A stretch of 62,976 bases of DNA from an uncultured Collinsella sp. (GCA_958348565.1 CATVZP010000001.1:1-62976), one strand, 5' to 3'; shown: positions 20,839 to 32,257, counted from the stretch's first letter. Notes: generated by a model from the sequence alone, not told the origin. Made by a program: numbers and translations.

Positions 20839-22758
20839 TTGAGAGTAGAGGTCACAACAGTGTCTATCCCTCGCGTTATTGCCGGTTTACTTTTTCTATT
20901 CATATTTGTGTCATTGCTCTATTCTTACTTTGGTTCAATTCCAGACCGATCCCAGCATCAAAAACATATTTATTCGGTTTGGCATAAAGCGAAGCCGCTT
21001 CTCTTTTTCTCAACGCTGTTCGCTATCGCAATGGAGGCTCTGACCTTGTGGGGCATGCGTTCTTCCAATCCACTTGTTATTGAGGACTGGAGTCGAAGGC
21101 GTGTGGCGATTTTTTTTGTGTTCGGGATTGTTGTTGCGATAGTTGTGCGCTTGGCTTTTGTTCGTCTCGTTCCGGTCCTAAGAAATCAGCTGTCTAAATC
21201 AGACAATCGTCGCGATCGAGTACGCGTTGTGATTCTCCTGGCTGCAAGCTTCTTGATGTTGCTTGGACTGGGAATTCTCTACGTTGTTGTGGGGCACGCG
21301 TCTTCCCTAATCTATCTTTCGGCGTGCGTTGTCGTTGTTGTTGTGTTCGTGGTGATGTTACTTCAATGGCGCTCCTTTACGCCTCTTGCTGGATTCCTTC
21401 TTATTTCATTTGCTATCGGCTCTTTTTTTGTTTTTTGCATTCCCCCATCCACGGGCTTTTCTTGGGATGACGGCATTCATTTTGATCGAAGCTTGGGTAT
21501 TTCTTACTTTGGCAGTGCGGAATTGTCTCCTGCTGAAGTGGAAATGGCGGTCATGCCGTGGAACAATACGACCGGTGAAATGAACTACTCCCTCCTCTAT
21601 GAGTCTCTTCCTAGACTTGATGAGCAATATTCTGACGCTGCCGATCTTGGTCAGATCGAAGAGGTGCACGGGTGGATTTCCCCTGTTTTCCATGCGGACC
21701 TCATTTCAATCTCAATGGTCGGTAACATTCCGAATGCGCTTGGCATCTGGATGGGTCGGCTGCTTCATCTTTCTTTGAGCGGCCTTGTGTTGGCGGGTAG
21801 ATTGTTTAACCTGCTTACGTATATTGCTATTACGGGAACCGCGATTGCCATCGCCCCCTCGAAGAAATGGTGCTTTTCTAGTATTGGCCTTTTGCCCACC
21901 AACCTATTCTTGGCGGCAAGCTTTTCCTATGATCCATGGGTCATCTCATGTCTCATACTGTTCACATCACTTGCTTCCCGGTTGATTTCTTCTAATGTTC
22001 GGATTTCATTCAGTCGCTTGCTTCCTTGTCTGGTCGTCTTGGCTCTGGGCCTTGCATCGAAGGCCATTTATTTTCTACTCGCTGGCATATTACTTCTGGT
22101 GCCGAAAGGGCGGCTTGGAAATGCAGGTCAAAAACGCCGGTACTATGCTGCCCTGCTTGTGTTTACCTTGGCGATGATATTGTCGTTTGTGTTGCCTCTG
22201 CTGTTTACGTCCAGCGGTAACGCAGGCGATGTAAGGGGCGGTTCAGACGTCAGCTCGATTGGACAGATTAAGTACTTTTTCACTGACCCTCTCGGCTTTT
22301 TGGCGACGATCGGCTTTTTTGTTATTGGCTATCTTTCGCCTTTGGAAGCAGGCGGATATGCGGTGTATACGGCGTATCTCGGTTTTATTGAAACGATCGT
22401 CCCTTTTCTTTCCCTCGTGCCCCTATCGTGTATTGTGGCTACCGCGTTGTTTGACCCCGATTCCGAGAGCGGACCCTCATTCAGTGTGTTTGCAAGGTGC
22501 TATCTAGTTTTTATATTTCTCGCCTCTGTTGTGCTTGTGGCTACTGCGCTGTACGTGTCGTTTACTCCTGTTGGTTTCTGGACAGTAAATGGTTGCTCGC
22601 CGAGATATATCTTGCCTCTGCTTGCGCCTCTCATGTTGGGTGTCGGATCGAGCCGTGTTTCCGATACGCGCGTGCGTCTATTGCTGGCAAGGGGCGGTAT
22701 GATGCTCACCGGCGCGACGGGTTTTGCCGTCTGTATGTTTGTGGTATTCCAGCTTTAG
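20839..22758 (+). CDS. DUF2142 multi-TM protein (GacL-like GT-C glycosyltransferase)
   Basis: PPSTGFSWDDGIHF, GRLFNLL, LFLAASFSYD, NGCSPRYILP; many TM segments. Confidence 0.75.
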   Translation: MRVEVTTVSIPRVIAGLLFLFIFVSLLYSYFGSIPDRSQHQKHIYSVWHKAKPLLFFSTLFAIAMEALTLWGMRSSNPLVIEDWSRRRVAIFFVFGIVVAIVVRLAFVRLVPVLRNQLSKSDNRRDRVRVVILLAASFLMLLGLGILYVVVGHASSLIYLSACVVVVVVFVVMLLQWRSFTPLAGFLLISFAIGSFFVFCIPPSTGFSWDDGIHFDRSLGISYFGSAELSPAEVEMAVMPWNNTTGEMNYSLLYESLPRLDEQYSDAADLGQIEEVHGWISPVFHADLISISMVGNIPNALGIWMGRLLHLSLSGLVLAGRLFNLLTYIAITGTAIAIAPSKKWCFSSIGLLPTNLFLAASFSYDPWVISCLILFTSLASRLISSNVRISFSRLLPCLVVLALGLASKAIYFLLAGILLLVPKGRLGNAGQKRRYYAALLVFTLAMILSFVLPLLFTSSGNAGDVRGGSDVSSIGQIKYFFTDPLGFLATIGFFVIGYLSPLEAGGYAVYTAYLGFIETIVPFLSLVPLSCIVATALFDPDSESGPSFSVFARCYLVFIFLASVVLVATALYVSFTPVGFWTVNGCSPRYILPLLAPLMLGVGSSRVSDTRVRLLLARGGMMLTGATGFAVCMFVVFQL

Positions 22759-22933
22759 ACACGAGTCTGTGTATTTGCTGGGCGAGGTGGCGCTATGTAT
22801 GGATGACGGATGTGAGTATTTGGCCACGAGTATGCCGCCCGTCTTGCTTACAATAGTTTGACGCTCTCTGGACCTCAGGTTCATTTGGGATAAAGTCTAT
22901 GTTTTGGAACTGTTTATTATTGGGCAGGTAAAT

Positions 22934-25912
22934 ATGTCGAAGATAGATACAGCAAAGACTCTGCTTGGGTTGGCAAAAAAGAATCCTGGTAGCTATGCGC
23001 GAGCAGCAAAGTACGCCGTTAAGTATGGTCTTGTTGGTCTGCGCGATCGTTTTCACGATGAGATTGTGATGGATGACGTTGCGCTTCCATCTGAGGGTCT
23101 TGAGCCGGGGAGCTCTACGGGGAGCGTTTGCTTCTCCATCGTGATGCCCGTCTATAACGTGGATATCAAATGGCTCGATTTGGCCATTCAATCGGTAGAG
23201 GCTCAAACGTACGATAACTGGGAGATTTGTATCGCTGACGATGCATCGACCGACCAGCGCGTGCGCGATTACTTGCAAAAGAAGGAATCCGAAAAGATCA
23301 AGGTTGTTTACCTGGAAGACAACCAAGGGATTTCGGGCGCAACAAATGCCGCCGCAGAGCTTGCCAAGGGCGATTTCATTGCCCTGATGGATAACGATGA
23401 CATCATTCATCCGGCTGCATTGGCCGACTTGTTCGTTGCGGCCACCGTGGAGCATGCTGATCTTATCTACACCGACAATGATGTGGTGGACGAAGATGGC
23501 AATCGACTCGCCGTACTTCATAAGCCCGACTGGTCGCCTGACCTCATGCTTTCTCAGATGTACGTGGGGCATTTGGTTGCCTTCAGTCGTTCTCTGTTCG
23601 AGTCGGTGGGTGGCTTTCGTTCTGAGTTCGACGGCAGTCAGGATTACGACCTGTTCCTTCGCATGTCGGCTGCTGCTAAGCGCATCTCCCACGTTGCGAA
23701 GTCGTTGTATTCTTGGCGTGCCATCGCTTCCTCTACGGCATCGAACCCTGATGCCAAGCCGTATTCTCAGTTCGCGGGGCAGAAAGCAATCCAAAGCTAT
23801 CTCGACAGCTTGTACGGTAAAGACGAGTGTCGAGTAGATGAGACTGACAACCTGTTCGTCTATGACGTGAGGTATCCGGTCGCTGCGGGCACGCTGGCCT
23901 CGATTGTGATCCCCACAAAAGACCATGCGGACGATCTGAAGGTTGCTATCGACAGCATCTTCGCAAAGACCGAGTATCCTAACTTTGAGATTATCGTGTT
24001 GGATAATAATTCGTCCGATGCTGAGACCTTTGCGTATTTTGATACAGTTGTTTCCGAGCACGAGAACGTCAGGGTTGTAACCTCCGCCTACCCTTTCAAC
24101 TGGTCAAAGCTAAACAACCAGGGGATTTCTGAGGCGAAGGGCGACGTTCTCGTTTTCTTGAATAATGATGTTGAGGTACTCGAAGGTTCCTGGCTTACCC
24201 GACTTGTCGAAAACGCACTGCGACCTGAAATTGGAGTCGCTGGAGCCTTACTTACCTATCCCGATGGCACTATTCAGCATGCTGGCGTTGTGGTCGGAAT
24301 GGGCGGCTGGGCCGATCATGTCTATAAGGCAATGCCTGCGGTGCACAACGGAAATCCGTTCATTTCTCCCATGGTGACAAGGAATGTTTCTGCTGTTACG
24401 GGCGCCTGCATGGCCATCTCCCGTTCCTGCTTGGAAGAGATTGGGCTGTTTGATGAGGATTTCATTGTGTGTGGTAGCGACGTTGAGCTGTGCCTCCGTG
24501 CAATGAAGTATGGTAAGCGCAATGTGTATCTTCCGGGCGTGAGGCTTACCCATTACGAGTCGAAGACGCGTGATGCCAAGGATATCCCTGCCATCGACTT
24601 TAAGCTTTCGGAGGCTATGTATCGGCCTTACGTTGCTGCTGGAGATCCGTATTACAACTCCAATTTGGACTACATGTCCTGTGTGCCAAGGGTGCTTTCG
24701 AACAAGGAGCGTCTGCAGAGAAGTGTCGGTGCACGCATGGAGGTGTCAGTCCCCGAGATTCGACCGCTTCATTTCGTTAAAGCTGAGTCGGAACGCAGAC
24801 GTCTCAATCTTCTCGTTCCGTCCGTTAATCCTGAGGATATCTTCGGCGGCATCGCCACCGCTCTTAAGTTCTACGAACGGTTGCTTGCTGAAACTGGCAT
24901 GGATGGCAGGATTATTGTGCTCGATGCCGTAACGCGTGTCGGTTCTGTATCCGAGCGCTTCGACGGCTATGAGCTATATGAACTTGGCTCCGAGGGCGAT
25001 GCACACTTCAGCATCGTGAACGCGTCTTCTCGTAATGCCGCTGATATTCCCGTTGCGCGAGGCGATTGGTTCATTGCTACGTCCTGGTGGTCGGCTTACT
25101 GCTATCAGTCTGAATACGGTGTCCATTTCTCGCGCGGCGACCTTGAGATGAATCCACTTATATACTTGATCCAAGATTATGAGCCTGGATTCTATGCTTG
25201 GTCTTCTAATTACCTTCTCGCGCGCTCTACATACACGAGCTCGACTCCCGTTGTTGCCGTGTTCAATTCCTCTGAGCTCAGGCAGTACTTCTTTGAGCGT
25301 GGTTTCCGCTTCGAGTCCGAGTTTTCTTTCGATCCGATGCTGAACGATAAGCTTAAGGAAAAGCTTGTCCAGCTTAATGGCAGGGCCGCGAAGCGTCGTC
25401 AGATTCTCGTATATGGTCGTCCTGGGACACCGCGCAATGCCTTCGAGCTCGTTGTCGAGTCCTTGAGGGAGTTCGTTGAGGCCTGTCCAGAAAGCTCTTT
25501 GTGGGAGTTCGTCTCTGCTGGTGAGCAGCATCCCCCTGTGCCGTTGGCCAACGGCAGGTATCTTGTTTCTGTGGGCAAGCAGTCTCTCGAAGGATATGCG
25601 AGCTTGTTGGCTGAGTCCTATGCGGGCATTTCTCTGATGGCCTCGCCCCATCCGAGCTATCCCCCGTTGGAAATGGCTTCTTTCGGCGTTAAGGTCATAA
25701 CGAATACGTTTGTCGGGAAGGATCTCGCGAGTTTCGGTGATTCCGTCGTCTCTGTGAGCAATGTCACGCCGCATGGAATCGGCTGTGAGCTTGCCCGAAT
25801 TTGCGAAGGATACTCCGCCGAAGTGTCGTGTGGCCGCGTGAACGCTCGCTATCTTTCCGATGAGGACTTGTTCCCATTTCTGACCGATATGGTTAAATCA
25901 CTTGGCCTGTAG
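22934..25912 (+). CDS. Multidomain glycosyltransferase (GT2-GT2-GT4), WsaE/WsaF- or RgpE-like rhamnan synthesis protein
   Basis: SIVMPVYN..KPDWSPD..GSQDYD; SIVIPTKD..FLNNDVEV..SAVTGAC; C-terminal FGGIATAL..YLIQDYEPGFY..YGRP..PRNAF..HPSYPPLEMA. Confidence 0.85.
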   Translation: MSKIDTAKTLLGLAKKNPGSYARAAKYAVKYGLVGLRDRFHDEIVMDDVALPSEGLEPGSSTGSVCFSIVMPVYNVDIKWLDLAIQSVEAQTYDNWEICIADDASTDQRVRDYLQKKESEKIKVVYLEDNQGISGATNAAAELAKGDFIALMDNDDIIHPAALADLFVAATVEHADLIYTDNDVVDEDGNRLAVLHKPDWSPDLMLSQMYVGHLVAFSRSLFESVGGFRSEFDGSQDYDLFLRMSAAAKRISHVAKSLYSWRAIASSTASNPDAKPYSQFAGQKAIQSYLDSLYGKDECRVDETDNLFVYDVRYPVAAGTLASIVIPTKDHADDLKVAIDSIFAKTEYPNFEIIVLDNNSSDAETFAYFDTVVSEHENVRVVTSAYPFNWSKLNNQGISEAKGDVLVFLNNDVEVLEGSWLTRLVENALRPEIGVAGALLTYPDGTIQHAGVVVGMGGWADHVYKAMPAVHNGNPFISPMVTRNVSAVTGACMAISRSCLEEIGLFDEDFIVCGSDVELCLRAMKYGKRNVYLPGVRLTHYESKTRDAKDIPAIDFKLSEAMYRPYVAAGDPYYNSNLDYMSCVPRVLSNKERLQRSVGARMEVSVPEIRPLHFVKAESERRRLNLLVPSVNPEDIFGGIATALKFYERLLAETGMDGRIIVLDAVTRVGSVSERFDGYELYELGSEGDAHFSIVNASSRNAADIPVARGDWFIATSWWSAYCYQSEYGVHFSRGDLEMNPLIYLIQDYEPGFYAWSSNYLLARSTYTSSTPVVAVFNSSELRQYFFERGFRFESEFSFDPMLNDKLKEKLVQLNGRAAKRRQILVYGRPGTPRNAFELVVESLREFVEACPESSLWEFVSAGEQHPPVPLANGRYLVSVGKQSLEGYASLLAESYAGISLMASPHPSYPPLEMASFGVKVITNTFVGKDLASFGDSVVSVSNVTPHGIGCELARICEGYSAEVSCGRVNARYLSDEDLFPFLTDMVKSLGL

Positions 25913-25939
25913 CCATGTCCTGGAGAGCGTCGGGGGCTC

Positions 25940-27586
25940 ATGATGAACAAACAAGATGGACTAGTTGCCGCGTGGTACGTACCCACCCCCACTATGGGCG
26001 GCGGTGGATTTCGAACCATTCTCCAAAATGCCGCCGCGCTCTCTTGCCGTGGATATCGCAATGACTTTTATGTGATTCCTCCAGAAAATAAAGTTCTTGA
26101 TCTTTTGTTCGTCGAGGAGTCTTGTTTAGCGTGGTTTGGCATGGCTCCTGATCGTTGGCTCCTTGCAGGTGCTAATGAGGAAGATCGAACTCTTTCCATT
26201 GCGACGTCCTGGGACACTGTCGAGTATCTGGCTTCGAGTTCACATGGCGCTCCTGGCTTTTATTTCGTTCAGGATTATGAGCCTTGGTTCTTCTCCTTGG
26301 ATAGCAACTTTCTTGCTGCGGAAAACACGTATCGCCACGGGCTTCGAGTTGTCACCATTGGCAAGTGGCTCGCGGGAAAAATAGACAGAGAATATGGCAG
26401 TGTGCTTGGATATACGGACTTTGGCGTTGGTCCGTCTTACTATTCAGAGAACCTCGGCTGCCGTGAAAACTCGAAGCCGGCTTCAGAGCACGCCGTATGC
26501 GCTATTTATCAGCCTGAAAAGGGACGACGCGTTGCTCCTCTGCTCGTGGAGGCAATTCGCGTTGCACTGGAGCTCGATCCATCGCTTACGTTTTATCTGT
26601 ATGGCTCTGATGCCCCGGTGCCCATTTCCGATCATCGCGTGGTGTCGCTTGGCTTGATTTCTACCGATGAATGCCGCGAGCTCTACTGGCGTTGCAAATG
26701 CGGAGTATCGCTCAGTATCTCAAATCCCTCACGCATTCCTTTCGAAATGATGGCGTGCGGGCTTCCCGTCATCGATCTCTACCGGGAGAACAACCTATTT
26801 GATTTTAGGGACGGTAGTCTTCTGCTTGCGCGTTCGGATGCAGCTTCCTTGGCAACGGCGATCGTGTCGCTGGCTGCAGATAGGGAGAAACAGGATAGTC
26901 TGCGCAAGGGAGGTCTTGATCTTGTTGCCGAGCGAACGGTTGCTTTAGAGTCTGATTGCTTTGCGAACTTGGTCTGTTCTGATCTGGGCGCGGGTGGTTT
27001 TGATGGCGCCTCAATCCGTCAGACTTATACTTGCGCACCCGTTGAGGCATCTGACGAGGCTCTTGCTGTCGAGCGTCGCCTTGTCGAAGAGTCGCACCGC
27101 TCGCGTGCGGAAGCGTGTGTACCTGTTATTTGGCCTGACTCTGGCATTTGCGTTAGCTTTACATCATTTGAGCCCGCTGGCGATGCGCGTTTAGCTGTTT
27201 GGTCCATGGGGGATCAGTCGGATCTTCAGTGGTTTCAGATGGATGGGTCTGATGCGGATTTCCAGGTGCTTGTTGACCGGGAAGATGGCTGGGACGTCGG
27301 ATGTCGAACCTACAACTTTCATTTCTACATCAACGCAAGCAAGGGTGAGCCCGTGTTTGCCGGTAGCGCTGTTGTCCCGCTGTCTCCTGATGTGTCTGTG
27401 GGGAAGGTCGAAGCTGCTGTTCCAATCTTGGGGGGAGAGGTGCGAATCGCGGAAGCGCCTATCACGAACCTCGTCTGCGGTGAGCCCGTTTCCGATATCG
27501 ATGATACTGATAGCGGGGCTAGGGAGACGTTTCCTCGAAGGCTTAAGGCATGGGTGGATCGCTGCATAAAGGGCGGGGTTGCGTAG
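25940..27586 (+). CDS. WsaF-like GT4 glycosyltransferase with C-terminal Bsp-like repeat
   Basis: [41 protein letters not shown]-terminal [12 protein letters not shown]...TYNFHFY. Confidence 0.78.
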   Translation: MMNKQDGLVAAWYVPTPTMGGGGFRTILQNAAALSCRGYRNDFYVIPPENKVLDLLFVEESCLAWFGMAPDRWLLAGANEEDRTLSIATSWDTVEYLASSSHGAPGFYFVQDYEPWFFSLDSNFLAAENTYRHGLRVVTIGKWLAGKIDREYGSVLGYTDFGVGPSYYSENLGCRENSKPASEHAVCAIYQPEKGRRVAPLLVEAIRVALELDPSLTFYLYGSDAPVPISDHRVVSLGLISTDECRELYWRCKCGVSLSISNPSRIPFEMMACGLPVIDLYRENNLFDFRDGSLLLARSDAASLATAIVSLAADREKQDSLRKGGLDLVAERTVALESDCFANLVCSDLGAGGFDGASIRQTYTCAPVEASDEALAVERRLVEESHRSRAEACVPVIWPDSGICVSFTSFEPAGDARLAVWSMGDQSDLQWFQMDGSDADFQVLVDREDGWDVGCRTYNFHFYINASKGEPVFAGSAVVPLSPDVSVGKVEAAVPILGGEVRIAEAPITNLVCGEPVSDIDDTDSGARETFPRRLKAWVDRCIKGGVA

Positions 27587-27720
27587 AGTCGGGAAGTAGA
27601 TCGACGGACGGGCGTGCTCGACATTGCACCTCGTCCTACTTTTGTGCAGCTTCGCAGCCCGCGTGCCCTCTCGCGTATACTAGTACCAACTGTGTACGCC
27701 CAACTTTGGAGGTCCAATCT

Positions 27721-28620
27721 ATGAAGGGCATCATCCTCGCGGGCGGCTCGGGCACGCGCCTGTACCCGCTCACGCTCGTCACCAGCAAGCAGCTGCTGCC
27801 GGTCTACGACAAGCCGATGATCTACTACCCGCTGTCCACGCTCATGCTGGCGGGCATCAAGGACATCCTGGTCATCTCCACGCCGACCGACCTGCCTAAC
27901 TTCGAGCGCCTACTCGGGGACGGTTCCCGCTTCGGCGTGAACCTCTCCTACGCCGAGCAGCCCTCGCCGGACGGCCTGGCGCAGGCCTTCACCATCGGCG
28001 AGGACTTCATCGCCGGCGAGCCGTGCGCCCTCGTCCTCGGCGACAACATCTTCTACGGCAACGGCCTGTCGCGCCACCTGACGCGCGCCGTCCAGAACGC
28101 CGAGTCGGGCCGCGCCACGGTCTTCGGCTACCACGTGGACGACCCCGAGCGCTTCGGCGTCGTGGAGTTCGATGCGCAGGGGAGGGCCGTCTCCATCGAG
28201 GAGAAGCCCGCCGAGCCCAAGAGCTCCTATGCCGTCACCGGCCTGTACTTCTACCCGGGCGACGTGGCCGCCAAGGCCCATAAGGTCCAGCCCTCCGCCC
28301 GCGGCGAGCTGGAGATCACCACGCTCAACCAGATGTACCTGGAGGAGGGGACGCTCTCCGTCGTCACCCTGGGCCGCGGCTACGCGTGGCTGGACACCGG
28401 CACCATGGAGAGCCTGCACGAGGCCGCGGAGTTCGTCCGCGCCGTGGAGCACTCCCAGGACCTGCCGGTCTCGGTCCCCGAGGAGATTGCCTGGGAGAAC
28501 GGCTGGATCACCACCGCCGAGCTTGAGGAGGCCGCGACGGCCTACGGCAAGTCGGTCTACGGCCAGCACCTGAAGAAGGTCGCCGCCGGCGAGATCGTCA
28601 ACAGCCCGCGCGAGTACTAA
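27721..28620 (+). CDS. rmlA: Glucose-1-phosphate thymidylyltransferase
   Basis: [52 protein letters not shown]. Confidence 0.97.
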   Translation: MKGIILAGGSGTRLYPLTLVTSKQLLPVYDKPMIYYPLSTLMLAGIKDILVISTPTDLPNFERLLGDGSRFGVNLSYAEQPSPDGLAQAFTIGEDFIAGEPCALVLGDNIFYGNGLSRHLTRAVQNAESGRATVFGYHVDDPERFGVVEFDAQGRAVSIEEKPAEPKSSYAVTGLYFYPGDVAAKAHKVQPSARGELEITTLNQMYLEEGTLSVVTLGRGYAWLDTGTMESLHEAAEFVRAVEHSQDLPVSVPEEIAWENGWITTAELEEAATAYGKSVYGQHLKKVAAGEIVNSPREY

Positions 28621-28644
28621 TTGCCCGGTGAAAGGGGGCGAGAG

Positions 28645-29256
28645 ATGATCGACATTCTGGAGCGCGATGGCCTCTCCGTCGAGCTGCTCTCATCCCTTTC
28701 TTATAAAAGCGAGCTAGGGATATCGCTTAAGAAGAACCTGCACTATTTTGATCGGGACCTCCTGCTTGATGAGCTCTTTCGAGCTAATGAGTGGTATCAA
28801 GGCCAATCGGCATTGGTTGACTTGCCTATAGACAGTCGAATTAAATCTCTTCAGTCTATCAAGCTTAAGTTAGACCGTTATTGGCCCGATCATCAAGTGC
28901 GTAAAGTCTTTAATGACCTTCTCGGCTTTCGATCCATTGTTGATTCTTATGAATCCGTTCTTGCGTTAAGCGGTTCTGATTTTAAAGTTGTTGATCTATC
29001 TGCTGGAAAAGCCATAGACGACGGTTATCGTGGCGTTCATCTCTATTATGTGCGTGAAGCTCGCTGCTATCCGATAGAGCTTCAGTACAATACTTTCTTT
29101 GATAGGCAGTTAAACAACTGGCTTCACAAGTATTTGTATAAGAAGACCGTTGATTCGAAGATTGGTGCCTTCTTGCGAATGCGCTACGAGGCCGGTTTGA
29201 TTCATGATGAAGCTGAGTTCAGAAGGGAGTTGGCTGATGCGCTATCTGGTTGCTAA
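28645..29256 (+). CDS. Stand-alone RelA/SpoT-like nucleotidyltransferase (small alarmone synthetase-like)
   Basis: SRIKSLQSIKLK, NDLLGFR, DGYRGVH and IELQYNT match the SYNTH motif order. RBS AGGGGG. Low GC. Confidence 0.72.
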   Translation: MIDILERDGLSVELLSSLSYKSELGISLKKNLHYFDRDLLLDELFRANEWYQGQSALVDLPIDSRIKSLQSIKLKLDRYWPDHQVRKVFNDLLGFRSIVDSYESVLALSGSDFKVVDLSAGKAIDDGYRGVHLYYVREARCYPIELQYNTFFDRQLNNWLHKYLYKKTVDSKIGAFLRMRYEAGLIHDEAEFRRELADALSGC

Positions 29257-29467
29257 GTGGTTTTCTAAGCAAGGTTCGCTGGTAATGGCCGTTAAACCAG
29301 GCAAGGAGCTTGTTGAGATGATGCGAAGGGTACAGGGTCGTTTTGGCACGTCTGACCTTCAGCTCGTTACCATCAGTCGTCCTTCTGCATACGGCGAGTA
29401 CGAACCGTTTGAGTTTGTTCATTCCGAAGAGCAGCTTGTGGAACGCCTTGAGCAGCAGGCTGCGTAA
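29237..29467 (+). CDS. Small conserved-looking hypothetical protein (76 aa), overlapping the SAS-like gene; candidate antitoxin/partner
   Basis: RBS AAGGGAG; MRYLVAK...QLVTISRPSAYGEYEPF; 20-bp overlap with the upstream gene. Resembles a DUF6718-like family from memory (unverified). Confidence 0.65.
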   Translation: MRYLVAKWFSKQGSLVMAVKPGKELVEMMRRVQGRFGTSDLQLVTISRPSAYGEYEPFEFVHSEEQLVERLEQQAA

Positions 29468-30499
<1,032 letters not shown>

Positions 30500-30513
30500 G
30501 TTACCACACTGAT

Positions 30514-30638
30514 CGAGGGCGCTGTCGCGAACTACTCGCGGCGGCGCCCGAGTACGCGAGACGCCTTCTCGGCCCGTGCACGGCGAGCTCCCTTGCGGAC
30601 ATGGGGATGATCCCGGGGGAGCTCGCCGCGCACGGGCC
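30514..30638. repeat. Double-hairpin intergenic element between rmlB and rmlCD
   Basis: GGCCCGTGCACGGCGAGCTCCC (30571-30592) pairs 21/22 with 30617-30638. An upstream nested hairpin contains TACTCG/CGAGTA and TCGCG/CGCGA. Confidence 0.6.
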
Positions 30639-30663
30639 GGGACTTTGGAAAGGAACGGACCCT

Positions 30664-32151
30664 ATGGCAGAATTTGAATTCGAGAAACAGCTCACCGTAA
30701 CGGAGACCGGCATCCCCGGCCTCAAGGTGGTGGACCTCCCCGTCCACGGCGACAACCGCGGCTGGTTCAAGGAGAACTGGCAGCGCGAGAAGATGGTGGC
30801 CGCGGGCATCCCCGACCTGCGATTCGTGCAGAACAACATCTCCTTCAACGACAACAAGGGCGTCACGCGCGGCATCCACGCCGAGCCCTGGGACAAGTTC
30901 ATCTCCGTGGCCACCGGCTCGGTCTTCGGCGCGTGGGTGGACCTCCGCCCCGGCGCGGGCTTCGGCAAGGTCTTCACCTGCACGCTGGACCCCTCGCGCG
31001 CCATCTTCGTGCCGCGCGGCGTGGGCAACTCCTACCAGGCCCTGGAGGACGGCACGGCCTACACCTACCTGGTGGACGCCCACTGGTCGCTCGAGCTCAA
31101 GAAGACCTACACCTTCGTGAACCTGGCCGACCCCGAGCTCGCCATCCAGTGGCCCATCCCTCTGGAGGAGTGCGAGCTCTCCGAGGCCGACAGGGCGCAC
31201 CCGATGCTCGCCGACGCCCTGCCCATGGCCCCGCGCCGCACGCTCGTGACCGGCTGCAACGGCCAGCTGGGCCGCGCCGTGCGCGCCATGGCCGAGGAGC
31301 GCGGCCTTAACGGCTCCTTCGACTACTGCGACATCGACACCTTCGACATGTCCGACCCGGCGGCCTACGGCAAGTTCGACTGGTCGCTCTACGGCACCGT
31401 CATCAACTGCGGCGCCTACACCGCAGTGGACAGGGCGGAGACCCCCGAGGGCCGCAAGGCGTGCTGGGCCGCCAACGCCACGGGACCGACGCTGCTCGCC
31501 CGCACGTGCGCCGAGCACGGCATCGCGCTCGTGCACGTGAGCTCGGACTACGTGTTCGACGGCACCGCGGAGCTGCACTCCGAGGACGAGGCGCTCTCGC
31601 CCCTCTCCGTCTACGGCCAGTCCAAGGCCGCCGGTGACCTCGCCGTCGAGTCCTGCCCCGCGCACTACATCCTGCGCTCCAGCTGGGTCATTGGCCGCGG
31701 CCACAACTTCGTGAAGACCATGCGCGCTCTCTCCGACCGCTGCGCCGACGCCGGGGACGCCCTCGAGCGGGTCACCGTGGTGGACGACCAGGTGGGCCGC
31801 CTCACCTTCACCGAGACCATGGCCGGCGCCATCTTCCATCTGCTCGGCTACCGCGAGGGCGACATGGAGCCCACGGCCCCGGCGCCCTACGGCCTGTACA
31901 ACTGCACCAACTCCGGCGACGCCGCCAGCTGGGCCAAGATCGCCGCGGCGGTGTTCGATCGCGCCAACGGCAACGGCGGCAGGGTGGTGCCGGTCTCCAC
32001 GGCGGATTATTACGCCAACGCCGCCGGCCCCATCGCCCCGCGCCCGGAGCACTCCGCGCTGGACCTCTCCAAGCTCGATGCCACGGGCTTTGCGCCCGCA
32101 GACTGGCACGAGGAACTCGACGTGTATATGGACGAGTTGTTGGCTGAGTAA
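30664..32151 (+). CDS. rmlCD: Fused dTDP-4-dehydrorhamnose 3,5-epimerase / reductase (RmlC-RmlD)
   Basis: HGDNRGWFKE..TRGIHAEPW (RmlC); TGCNGQLG, AYTAVD, HVSSDYVFDG, YGQSK, VDDQVG (RmlD). RBS GAAAGGA. Confidence 0.93.
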   Translation: MAEFEFEKQLTVTETGIPGLKVVDLPVHGDNRGWFKENWQREKMVAAGIPDLRFVQNNISFNDNKGVTRGIHAEPWDKFISVATGSVFGAWVDLRPGAGFGKVFTCTLDPSRAIFVPRGVGNSYQALEDGTAYTYLVDAHWSLELKKTYTFVNLADPELAIQWPIPLEECELSEADRAHPMLADALPMAPRRTLVTGCNGQLGRAVRAMAEERGLNGSFDYCDIDTFDMSDPAAYGKFDWSLYGTVINCGAYTAVDRAETPEGRKACWAANATGPTLLARTCAEHGIALVHVSSDYVFDGTAELHSEDEALSPLSVYGQSKAAGDLAVESCPAHYILRSSWVIGRGHNFVKTMRALSDRCADAGDALERVTVVDDQVGRLTFTETMAGAIFHLLGYREGDMEPTAPAPYGLYNCTNSGDAASWAKIAAAVFDRANGNGGRVVPVSTADYYANAAGPIAPRPEHSALDLSKLDATGFAPADWHEELDVYMDELLAE

Positions 32152-32257
32152 GCTGTTTCTCATTCTTGTTAAGCTTGCTTGCACGTTTAACCTTCGGGAG
32201 TACGCTATTCCTGTAGTGTCGTTAATAGCTTACAAGGCATGCTTTAGATTTCTGCTA

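Noticed and set aside
27550..27720. N-terminal extensions of rmlA (and of rmlCD from 30445, CotH from 55156, istB from 10342)
   Set aside because: Canonical starts with an RBS lie downstream (27721, 30664, 55258, 10162); the extensions overlap other genes or hairpins.
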